DNA from: Candidatus Palauibacter sp.
GTDB taxonomy: Bacteria > Gemmatimonadota > Gemmatimonadetes > Palauibacterales > Palauibacteraceae
Direction: 5' to 3'
NCBI RefSeq assembly: GCF_965237495.1
Contig: NZ_OZ250143.1
Location: 2,533,809 to 2,597,808, forward strand
Length of the DNA: 64,000 bases
Made by a program: the position numbers and the translations under genes. Shown here in pieces: positions 33,478 to 42,273 of this stretch; position 1 is the first letter of the stretch; every line of letters starts with the position of its first letter. The notes beneath the pieces were generated by a model. The model was not told the DNA's origin and did no database searches. It saw nothing but the letters and a program-made list of their open reading frames with translations.

Positions 33478-34041
33478 CTAGGGCGTGATCATGACGTGCG
33501 CGTTCGCCGTGCCGGCCCCCATGAGCCACGCGCCCCGGGTCGCCACGGTGGGGAGACCCAGTGCCTCGGCGGTCGCGAACGGGGTGTAGATCACGGATTG
33601 ACGCCTCTGAACGGCGTCCATGTCGCCGGACCAGCCCTCGGCCGCGTAGATCGCGTGGAGGAAGGCGTAGCCCGGCATCTCCAGCGTGCCGGCCTCGATC
33701 TCGGCCATCCGCATCTCGACGTTGTCCCGGCCCGTCACCCCCTGTGCGGTGAGCTCGCGACCGCGCGCCATGTAGGGCTCGAGCGACTCATGGTAGCAGG
33801 CGGTGTGGAAGCGGTCGTCGCCCGCTTCGTCCGCGATGCAGATGAACGATCCCGTACCCTCGCGGAGCGTCACCCACTCCGATCCCTGCTTCTGGATCAC
33901 CCTGGCGCCGGCCTGCTCGGACTCCGAGGGGATGGGCGCTACGGCGAGCTCGACCGCGTCCTGGGCGGTCACTTCCGCGGCGGCGACGATGGACAGAGCG
34001 GGGATGAGAGCGGCCAGCGCGGTGAACGAACGGCGGAGCAT
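33478..34041 (-). CDS. secreted hypothetical protein
   Basis: Sec signal peptide MLRRSFTALAALIPALSIVAAAEVTAQ; 187 aa; no family recognised. Confidence 0.5.
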   Translation of the reverse strand: MLRRSFTALAALIPALSIVAAAEVTAQDAVELAVAPIPSESEQAGARVIQKQGSEWVTLREGTGSFICIADEAGDDRFHTACYHESLEPYMARGRELTAQGVTGRDNVEMRMAEIEAGTLEMPGYAFLHAIYAAEGWSGDMDAVQRRQSVIYTPFATAEALGLPTVATRGAWLMGAGTANAHVMITP

Positions 34042-34298
34042 GCGGTCCTCCTTGGGTAGGAACGGTCAGCGCCCTCCCGCGGCGCGGCGCGCGCGCAGGC
34101 GAGCGGGATGAATAGGCACCCGCCGGGGCCGGGGCGCAATCGAGACGGCGCCGGCAGCCCGAAGTTCCGCAGGGGGGGGCGCGGGGGGCGCGTTGCGCGC
34201 GGCCGTCGGGCTCTCAAGATTCGCGCCCTGCACGCACGCGGAGCCGACCGTCACGTCGGTCGTACGTCGGCGCGGCTTCGACGTGACAAGCACGTCAC

Positions 34299-35450
34299 AT
34301 GGACCCATCACATGGATCGGAGCGGCCGTTGAGCGTTCGAGTCTGTGTTCCGCGCGAGACGGCCGCCGGGGAGACGCGGGTCGCCCTCACGCCGGATGGC
34401 GCCAGGCGTCTCATCTCCGACCAGATCTCGGTGGCGGTCGAGGCCGGGGCGGGCGCGTCGGCGGGCTTTCCGGACGCATCGTACGAGGAGGTCGGCGCGG
34501 AGATCGTCGCCAACGCGGGGCGGCTCCTGGACGAGGCGGACATCGTCTTCAAGGTCGCCCCGCCGACGGAGGCCGAAGTGGATCGGCTCCCGGAGGGGAC
34601 GGTGCTCGCCTGCCTGCTCCGGCCGCACGAGAACGAGGCGCTCATCGAGCGTCTGGCCGGGCGGGGCGTCACGGTCCTCGCCCTGGAACTCGTCCCCCGG
34701 ATCACGCGCGCGCAGTCGATGGACGCGCTCTCCTCGCAGAGCAACCTCGCGGGCTACAAGGCCGTCCTCATCGCCGCCAACTCGCTGGGCCGGATCTTCC
34801 CCCTCCTGATGACGGCGGCCGGCACGCTGTCGCCGGCGCGCGTGCTCGTCCTCGGGGCGGGCGTCGCGGGGCTGCAGGCGATCGCGACGGCCCGTCGCCT
34901 GGGCGCGGACACATGGGGCTACGACATCCGCGCCGCGGTGAAGGAGGAGGTCAAGAGTCTCGGGGCGAAGTTCGTGGACCTCGACGAGGGGGCCGCCCAG
35001 GACGCGCAGACCGAGGGCGGGTACGCGAAGGAACTCGAGGCGGCGGAGCAGTCGCGGCAGCGGGAACTGCTGGCCCGGCACATCGCCCGGGCGGACGTCG
35101 CCATCACCACGGCGCTGGTCCCGGGGCGCGCGGCGCCCGTGCTGATCACCGACGACATGGTGGACCGGATGAAGCCGGGCTCCGTGATCGTCGACCTCGC
35201 CGGCGAGGCCGGGGGCAACTGCGCACTCTCGAAGCCCGGCGAAACGGTCGTCGAGCGTGGGGTGACGATCCACGCCCCGCTGAACGTCCCGGGGTCGCTC
35301 CCCCACCACGCGAGCCAGCTGCTCGGCCGCAATCTCTCCGCGCTCGTGAAGCCGATGATCGGCGAGGACGGCGTGGCCGTGGATCTGGAAGACGACGTGA
35401 TCGGGCCCTGCTGTGTCGCGCACGCGGGAGAGGTCCGGTTCGGCGCATGA
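34299..35450 (+). CDS. pntAA: NAD(P) transhydrogenase subunit alpha part 1
   Basis: AlaDH/PNT N- and C-domains; NAD-binding VLVLGAGVAGLQAIATARRLGA. A TTG alternative start is possible ~34332. Confidence 0.88.
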   Translation: MDPSHGSERPLSVRVCVPRETAAGETRVALTPDGARRLISDQISVAVEAGAGASAGFPDASYEEVGAEIVANAGRLLDEADIVFKVAPPTEAEVDRLPEGTVLACLLRPHENEALIERLAGRGVTVLALELVPRITRAQSMDALSSQSNLAGYKAVLIAANSLGRIFPLLMTAAGTLSPARVLVLGAGVAGLQAIATARRLGADTWGYDIRAAVKEEVKSLGAKFVDLDEGAAQDAQTEGGYAKELEAAEQSRQRELLARHIARADVAITTALVPGRAAPVLITDDMVDRMKPGSVIVDLAGEAGGNCALSKPGETVVERGVTIHAPLNVPGSLPHHASQLLGRNLSALVKPMIGEDGVAVDLEDDVIGPCCVAHAGEVRFGA

Positions 35451-35515
35451 GACCCGAGACGGGGGCTGGCCGACCCTGCCGACCCCCGGCGCAACCCGTA
35501 CACGAGGCCTGACGG

Positions 35516-35809
35516 ATGGACGGAACGCTCCTGATCGGACTGTATGTGTTCGTGCTCGCGATGTTCGTCGGGTTCGAACTCATCACGAAGGTTCCCCCGA
35601 CGCTGCACACGCCGCTCATGTCGGGTTCGAACGCGATCTCCGGGATCTCGATCGTGGGCGCCCTGCTCGTCATCGGCCGGGCCGGAGACGCGCCGCTCAT
35701 GCGGTGGATCGGGCTGGCGGCGCTGATCCTCGCCACGATCAACGTGGTCGGCGGCTTTCTCGTCACCGACCGCATGCTCCAGATGTTCAAGAGCAAGGAC
35801 GCGAGCTGA
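35516..35809 (+). CDS. pntAB: NAD(P) transhydrogenase subunit alpha part 2 (membrane)
   Basis: 97 aa, three TM helices, HTPLMSGSNAISGI motif. Confidence 0.85.
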   Translation: MDGTLLIGLYVFVLAMFVGFELITKVPPTLHTPLMSGSNAISGISIVGALLVIGRAGDAPLMRWIGLAALILATINVVGGFLVTDRMLQMFKSKDAS

Positions 35810-35812
35810 GCC

Positions 35813-37210
35813 ATGGGCGCGACAGGACTGACGACGATGATTCCGCTCGCCTATCTGGTGTCCGCCGTTCTGTTCATCCTCGGGATCAAGCGACTCAGCC
35901 ACCCGGAGACGGCGGCGGGCGGCAACCGGCTCGCTGGAATCGGGATGCTGCTCGCGGTCATCGCGACGCTGCTCGAACGCGATCTCGGCTACACCTGGAT
36001 CATCGTCGGCCTCGCGATCGGGGGCCTCATCGGCGCGGTCATGGCCCGGACCGTGAAGATGACCTCCATGCCGGAGATGGTGGCGGTGTTCAACGGGTTC
36101 GGAGGGGCCGCTTCCGGCCTGGTCGCGGTCGGCGAGTACCTGATGGTCCTCAATGGGGCGGAGACGCTCGCGGTGGACTCGGGTGTCTCGATCATGGCCG
36201 GGACGCTGATCGGGGCCGTGACCTTCTCCGGCAGCATGATCGCGTTCGGAAAACTGCAGGGGTTCGTGACGGGCAACGCGATTTCGAACCCGTTCGTGCG
36301 ATTCTCGGCCGGCTTCTTCCTGGCGGTCGCCCTGGTCGTGGCCGTCTACCTCGCCGGCTTCGAGTCGAACCTCCTCTTCTACTGGGGTCTGGTCGCGGCC
36401 GCCCTCATCCTCGGCGTCCTGTTCGTGATCCCGATCGGGGGCGCGGACATGCCGGTGGTGGTGGCGCTGCTCAACTCCTATTCGGGGCTTGCGGCGGCGG
36501 CCGCCGGGTTCGTGCTCGAGAACAACGCGCTCATCATCTCGGGCGCGCTCGTCGGCGCGTCGGGGCTCATCCTTACCGGCATCATGTGCCGCGCCATGAA
36601 CCGCTCGCTGAGAAACGTGCTGTTCAGTGCTTTCGGCACGGGCACGGCGGCCGCGGTCCGGGCCGCGGACGGCGACCGGGTCGCGACGCCGATCGATGCC
36701 GAGGACTCGGCCATGGTCCTGGGCTACGCCTCGCAGGTCATCTTCGTCCCGGGCTACGGTCTCGCCGTCGCGCAGGCGCAGCACCGGATCCGTGAGCTGG
36801 CGGACTTGCTGACCGCGCGCGGGGTCTCGGTCCGCTACTGCGTCCACCCCGTCGCGGGGCGCATGCCGGGCCATATGAACGTGCTGCTGGCCGAGGCCAA
36901 CGTCCCTTACGAGCAGCTGTGCGAGCCCGAGGACGTGAACTCCGACATGGAGAACATCGATGTCGCGGTGGTCGTGGGGGCGAACGACGTCGTGAACCCG
37001 CTCGCGCGCGACGACCCCTCGAGCCCGATCGGCGGCATGCCGATCATCGAGACGGACCGGGCGAAGACGTGCATCGTCATCAAGCGCTCCCTGTCCGTGG
37101 GGTACGCGGGGATCGACAACCCGCTCTTCTACCTGCGGAACAACCGCATGTTCTTCGGGGACGCCGCGGACGCCCTCGCCCGCATCGCAGAGGAGGTGAA
37201 GCAGCTGTGA
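35813..37210 (+). CDS. pntB: NAD(P) transhydrogenase subunit beta
   Basis: 465 aa; N-terminal TM domain plus a C-terminal NADP(H)-binding domain (VFVPGYGLAVAQAQH...GANDVVNP). Confidence 0.9.
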   Translation: MGATGLTTMIPLAYLVSAVLFILGIKRLSHPETAAGGNRLAGIGMLLAVIATLLERDLGYTWIIVGLAIGGLIGAVMARTVKMTSMPEMVAVFNGFGGAASGLVAVGEYLMVLNGAETLAVDSGVSIMAGTLIGAVTFSGSMIAFGKLQGFVTGNAISNPFVRFSAGFFLAVALVVAVYLAGFESNLLFYWGLVAAALILGVLFVIPIGGADMPVVVALLNSYSGLAAAAAGFVLENNALIISGALVGASGLILTGIMCRAMNRSLRNVLFSAFGTGTAAAVRAADGDRVATPIDAEDSAMVLGYASQVIFVPGYGLAVAQAQHRIRELADLLTARGVSVRYCVHPVAGRMPGHMNVLLAEANVPYEQLCEPEDVNSDMENIDVAVVVGANDVVNPLARDDPSSPIGGMPIIETDRAKTCIVIKRSLSVGYAGIDNPLFYLRNNRMFFGDAADALARIAEEVKQL

Positions 37211-37250
37211 GCCGCCGCCGCCGCCCGCAGCGGACCGCCGCCACCCGGTC

Positions 37251-38555
37251 GTGACCGTCGACCGCCGCGGCTTCGTGATCCGGACGGGGGCCGGGGCCGC
37301 CGGCCTCACCATGGGGCTCTCGGGGTGCGAGCCCGGGTCAGGCGGAAGCGCGCGGAGCCCGGTGCAGGACGATTGGCCTACCGACCCGGAGGCGCTCGCG
37401 GCGGTCTACCGCGACAACATCTACACGCGGCTCCTCGGCGTCCGGCCTCACCTTCCGGCCCACGAGCACGTCTCCCGGCTCGGCGGCGGGCGCATGGACC
37501 CGGAAGTCATCGCGGCCATGGCCGAGGCGAACGAGTTCTTCGTCGACATGCACGAGTTGCTGGAGGCGGCGGGGGCGCGGATCGCCGAGCGGCTAGGGAC
37601 CGAGGCGGCGCTCGTCACCGCCGGTGGCTTCTCGGCCATGGTGCTGGGAGCGGCCGGCTGCCTGACCGGAACGGACCCCGAGCGCGTCCGCGCCCTCCCC
37701 CTCCCCCTCCCCACCTGGCCGCGTCGCGAATGTCTGATCCAGACGCCGCACCGGTTCGGCTACGACCGCGCGTATCGCGACGCGGGGATGACGATCGTCG
37801 AGGCCGCGACCCGGGAGGACTTCCGGGCGCAGCTCTCGGAGCGCACCGCGATGATCGCCGCGCTCGCGACGGCCGAGCGGCAGACGATGTTCGCGCCGCC
37901 CGCTCCCGTCGACTGGGCGCCCGCCCCGGGGCCCGAGGTGATGACGGTTCGCGAGCAGATCGAGATCGGGCGCGAGGCGGACGTCCCCGTCCTCGTCGAC
38001 ATGGCGTCGGACCTTCCGACCGGCGTCGGCCTGCGCGAGTTCGTGGGCGCGGGCGCCGATCTCATCGTGATCAGCGGCGGCAAGGGGATCGGCGGACCGC
38101 AGTCGTCCGGCATCCTCGCCGGCCGCGCCGACCTCATCGAGGCGGCCGGCCTCAACGCCTCGCCGAACGACGCCATCGGCCGCGGCATGAAGGTCGGGAA
38201 GGAAGAGATCGTCGGCCTCGTCGTCGCGCTGGACCGCTACGTCGCGCGTGACGTCGACGCCTGGGTCGCCGGCTGGTCCGAGATGGCCGGACGCATCGCC
38301 GCTGAACTGGCCGACGTCCCCGGACTCACCGCGGAGGTTGTGACGAACACCGCGGGCTATGAGGACGTGGAACTCACCTGGGATCCCGAGGTCATCCCGC
38401 TCTCGACCGACGAGGCGAAAGCCGCCCTCATGGCCGCAGAGCCGCGGCTCGCCTACCTGATGACGATCCGGACCCGGCTCCTCCGCGAAGGCGAAGACGC
38501 CCTCGTCATCCGCGCACTGCGCGAAGCGTTCACGCGAGCCGCGCGCACCGACTGA
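37251..38555 (+). CDS. SelA-like / DgaE-like PLP-dependent enzyme with a Tat-lipoprotein signal
   Basis: N-terminal RRGFVIRTGAGAAGLTMGLSGC (twin-Arg plus lipobox); body resembles L-seryl-tRNA(Sec) selenium transferase-like fold-type I PLP enzymes (ISGGKGIGGPQSSG). Confidence 0.6.
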   Translation: MTVDRRGFVIRTGAGAAGLTMGLSGCEPGSGGSARSPVQDDWPTDPEALAAVYRDNIYTRLLGVRPHLPAHEHVSRLGGGRMDPEVIAAMAEANEFFVDMHELLEAAGARIAERLGTEAALVTAGGFSAMVLGAAGCLTGTDPERVRALPLPLPTWPRRECLIQTPHRFGYDRAYRDAGMTIVEAATREDFRAQLSERTAMIAALATAERQTMFAPPAPVDWAPAPGPEVMTVREQIEIGREADVPVLVDMASDLPTGVGLREFVGAGADLIVISGGKGIGGPQSSGILAGRADLIEAAGLNASPNDAIGRGMKVGKEEIVGLVVALDRYVARDVDAWVAGWSEMAGRIAAELADVPGLTAEVVTNTAGYEDVELTWDPEVIPLSTDEAKAALMAAEPRLAYLMTIRTRLLREGEDALVIRALREAFTRAARTD

Positions 38556-38829
38556 GCGCCACTCCGGCGTTCCGGCCCACCGCTTCCCCGCCGCACGAAC
38601 CCAGGAACCATTCCTGCGCTGGGCCAGTATCCTGATGATGTGAACGCAGCGGGACGGACCCCGGTCGCGAACGGAGGCGTCGTGATGCAACGACACCGGA
38701 GCCTACCTATGAAGACAGGGGTCGAACATGCAATCGGCATACAGACGTTGGCCCATATATCATTTTCGCCTGGAACAACTTTCCTTTCGGACCCGTCGGT
38801 GGCGGGGAATTCGCCTTCGACGAGTGTCG

Positions 38830-41238
38830 ATGCGGTCGCTCCTGACCGCGCTGGCCGTCACGGTAGGCACGCCCGTACAGGCTCAGACGCTACCTGCACT
38901 TCCTGAGGAGACCGCCGCAGCCAACAGTTCGACGTGGGCGGACGGCAACCGTGCCGCCGGACCGCTGTTCGGGGTCGAAAGCACTGACCGAAGAGCGGAG
39001 CCGGAGCTCTTCATCAGCGCCGAACCCGACACGATGTTCGCGAGGCTGGAGGACCTGCACCTCGCGGTGAAGCGCACCGCGCCGGGGAATTGACTCCCGG
39101 TGAGGGTCAAGCTGGAGCAGGAGCAGGAATGGCTCGCCGACAGCTTTCGCGACGTGACTCTTCGCGCCGGCGACACGATCGCGGTACTGACCATTCCTCG
39201 CAGTGATTTCAAGCAAGGCGTCTCCCACAGCGGCGCTCTCACGGCGACCGTGGATGACGTAGACGGTTACGATACGGCCCACGCGAAGGCGGCCGTCCAC
39301 GTCATCGCGCAGGAAACCCCGGTGGTGAGCTTCTCCCTGTCCCGCGACTCCTACACGTTCGCGGAGGACGTGGGGCGCGCCCGCGCGCAGTTCGTCGCAC
39401 GAATGGCGCCCGGCATGCCCAGAGGGGTGACCGTCGGCGTCCTGGTTGCGACGAGAGGAGAGGAATCGTCCATCGACGGACTCACCGCGACATCGGGCGA
39501 AGACTATGAGTCGGTGAGCGGCGGGCTGCTCATGATGGGGGAGAAGTACGCATTGGAAGATGGCCGGTGGGTGGGGCGTACGGACCTGATCCTGCCGCTC
39601 TTCGACGACGATGTCCGCGAAGGCACCGAGACGTTCGAGTTGCTCCTGCAGCCCACCTCCGGCGAAATCGACATCGCGCATCCTGACCACTAGATCGAAC
39701 TGCCGACGGGCTCCAGTTCCGTCGAATTGACGCTCGCGGCGCGCGACGACGAACGCGAGGAAGGGGACGAGCGGATCAGGATCTCCGCGACTCTCGCCGA
39801 TGTCGCGACCAGCACTGAGATCATCCGCATCCTGGATCGGTTCCCGGGGCCGCGGGTCGAGATCACCTTCGAGGGGGTCCAGCCGGCACGGGACGAGTAT
39901 GACGCGGGGATCGCGACGGGTCCGTTCACCACGCGCTTCATGTTCAGCGAGCCGGTCGAAGGCTTCACGCGGGAGGACATCGACTGGCAGACCCACTCCC
40001 TTACGACCGTGGACACCACGAATATCGGCGTGCTCCTCTGGGACTACACGGAGGTTCGCGCGGGTCTGGAATACACGGCCAGGATGATGCCGGACCAGGA
40101 CGGGCGTCTGTGGATCGGCGTTGATCCTGGAGCCGCGAGATCGGTGGCGACGGGCGACGGGAACCAGCTCGGCGTCAACAGCCTGTGGGTCGACCTGCCC
40201 CCGGACCGCCTCATGGTGGCGCCGACCGAGTTGACCATCGATGAGGGGGATGAGGACGGCGCCGCCTTTATAGTCGTGCCGACGAGCGCGCCGACGGGCC
40301 CTGTGACTGTGACGGTGACGGGAACGGATGGCACGGACCTCGATGTCGATTGGTCGACGTGGACGTTCAGGCTCCCGTATTGGAACGGGGGTTGGGCCGT
40401 CACGGTCACGGCGGCCCACGACGCCGACACCGCGGACGAGCAGGTGAGACTCTGGGTGAAGGCGTCCGGCGGCGGCTACGACGGGCGCGGCGCGGACCTC
40501 GTCGTCAACATCAGGGACGACGACGGGGCCTCGGCGGACCAACCTCGAGTCGTGGGCCCGCTGCAGCCTGGGTCGGAGGAGGCGCTGAAGCTGCTCGGCG
40601 ATGTAACACCGGATGCGGCGGCGGCGGCGCTGCTCGGAGGAGGAGGCCTCGGCGAAGCGCAACTGAACGCACTGGACCGTCTGGGCAACCGTAACGGACG
40701 CTATGACTTGGGGGATATGCTCTCCTGGGCCGTCCGCTGCCGGCGAGCTGAGCGGTCCAACCGTCCGAGGAGACGGCGGTCTCGCTGCTATCCCCGTGGC
40801 CATCGACCGGACAGGGGTGGCCGAAGGCGCAGAAGCCGGACCCGGACCGCGCTCGCGTTCCTCGCGGTGGTCACCCTTTCGTGGGGCTGCGATCAGGGGG
40901 GCGGCCTCATCGAGCCTTCCGCCGGGGAGCCGGAGCCCGGTTTCCTTGCGGTCGAGTTGATGGCACCGGCCGGTGCGCGCCTCGGCGGCGCATGGCTGGC
41001 GGTCGAAGGCCCGGACATCGGGGCGCTCCGTGCGCCAGGGTCGGAGGTGTTCGAGTCCGACGATGGAACCCGGAAGGAGGTCATCGTGGCGGGCCCGCTC
41101 TCCCCGGGGCGCATCCTGGAGTTCCGAGTCCCCGATCGGCGACTCGGTTCACACTACCGGGTCCGCCTGATCGAGGTCACGGGAGAGGACTACCAACCGA
41201 GAGACGTGTCGGCCTACTCGACGCGGATCTCACGCTAG
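38830..41238 (+). pseudogene. Calx-beta domain secreted protein interrupted by two in-frame stop codons (TGA ~39091, TAG ~39691); three same-frame ORF segments
   Basis: Segment 1 carries a Sec signal (MRSLLTALAVTVGTPVQAQT). Segments 2 and 3 carry Calx-beta-like motifs (LFDDDVREGTETFELLLQP; LAARDDEREEGDERIRISATL). All three track ORFs (38728, 39100, 39727) share frame 1, and neither restart has a convincing RBS. Confidence 0.45.
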
Positions 41239-41258
41239 CTAGGCCCGCAGTACCCAGT

Positions 41259-41296
41259 GTGCCCGGCGCGCACGAGGCCTGTGCGCGCCGGGGCAC
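41259..41296 (+). terminator. GC-rich hairpin (15-bp stem GTGCCCGGCGCGCAC / GTGCGCGCCGG(G)GCAC, 7-nt loop) just after the Calx-beta gene stop
   Basis: Inverted repeat read directly from the sequence; there is no strong U-tract. Confidence 0.4.
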
Positions 41297-41366
41297 TTCC
41301 CCCAACCATGCCGTCAACGCGTCATGCCGGGCGTGGAGACGGCCTCCGCGCGACGGCCTCCGTTCG

Positions 41367-41395
41367 TTGACATGATTGCATTGCAATCACAAGTT
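41367..41395 (+). promoter_or_regulatory. vapBC promoter/operator: TTGACA -35 box followed by a perfect 8-1-8 palindrome TGATTGCA-t-TGCAATCA occupying the 17-nt spacer
   Basis: Seen directly, ~50 nt upstream of the vapB start; the SD GAGGGAGAG precedes the ATG. Confidence 0.5.
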
Positions 41396-41442
41396 GTGTG
41401 TCCGTCCCGGCAGATCAACCGTGGACCCGCGAGGGAGAGCCC

Positions 41443-41697
41443 ATGGCCAGCATCACAATTCGTAACCTGGACGACGAAGTGAAGACCCGGCTTCGCATTC
41501 GTGCGGCGAGCAACGGTCGCTCGATGGAGGAGGAGGCACGGACCATACTGCGCGCGGCGGTCGAAGAGCGGGCCGAACCTCGAAACCTGGCGCGGGCCAT
41601 CCGCGCTCGCTTCGAACCCTTCGGCGGTGTCGAACTCGAACTTCCGGCGCGGGAACCCGTGCGCGAGCCACCCACCTTCGACGGCGCGTCATCCTGA
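41443..41697 (+). CDS. vapB: ribbon-helix-helix antitoxin (FitA/VapB-like, 'plasmid stability protein' type)
   Basis: MASITIRNLDDEVKTRLRIRAASNGRSMEEEARTILR is a classic Arc/MetJ-like antitoxin N-terminus; the stop overlaps the vapC ATG. Confidence 0.75.
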   Translation: MASITIRNLDDEVKTRLRIRAASNGRSMEEEARTILRAAVEERAEPRNLARAIRARFEPFGGVELELPAREPVREPPTFDGASS

Positions 41698-42116
41698 TGT
41701 TCGTTCTCGATACGAACGTCGTGTCCGAACTGATGCGTCCGGTGCCCCGTCCGGCCGTCGAGGCCTGGGTAGGAGGACGTCCCGCCGCCAGCCTCTTCTT
41801 CACGGCAATCGGGGAGGCAGAACTCTGGTTCGGGGTCGAGATCATGCCGCGGGGGGTGCGCAGAGATGCGCTCGCCGCCGCTATCGAACAGGTGCTGAGG
41901 GAAGATTTCGCCAGCCGCAGCCTGCCTTTCGACAGCAGGGCGGCCCGTCACTACGCGACGATCGCCGCCACGCGGCGCGCGGCCGGCCGGCCCATCTCGC
42001 AGGCCGATTGTCAGATCGCGGCGATTGCCGGTTCTCGTGGCTCCACGATCGTCACGAGGAACGTCCGCGACTTCGAGGGGCTGGGCATTGCCCTCGTCGA
42101 CCCCTGGGAGCGGTGA
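41697..42116 (+). CDS. vapC: PIN-domain toxin (VapC/FitB-like ribonuclease)
   Basis: MFVLDTNVVSELMRP...EAELWFGVE...IVTRNVRDFEGLGIALVDPW shows the conserved acidic PIN residues. Confidence 0.85.
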   Translation: MFVLDTNVVSELMRPVPRPAVEAWVGGRPAASLFFTAIGEAELWFGVEIMPRGVRRDALAAAIEQVLREDFASRSLPFDSRAARHYATIAATRRAAGRPISQADCQIAAIAGSRGSTIVTRNVRDFEGLGIALVDPWER

Positions 42117-42273
42117 TCCCGGATCCGTCAGGCGGCACCCCCGACTTGTGATTGTCGGGACGCCCATCATCGATCTACGTTTGCGCTCCCGCGGGTCCTG
42201 ACCGGCGCCCCGTCCGGCGGCCCCGCATAGCCACAGCCGATTCAGGTGTCGCCGGAACAGGAGCCAAAGCCCC

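Noticed and set aside
34140-34200. G-runs (G8, G6) as a possible G-quadruplex
   Set aside because: Only two long G-runs plus short ones. That is insufficient for a confident four-tract G4 call in a 70% GC background.
38890-40803. 637-aa minus-strand ORF opposite the Calx-beta gene
   Set aside because: Arg/His/Pro-rich with no motifs, whereas the plus strand carries a signal peptide and Calx-beta motifs.
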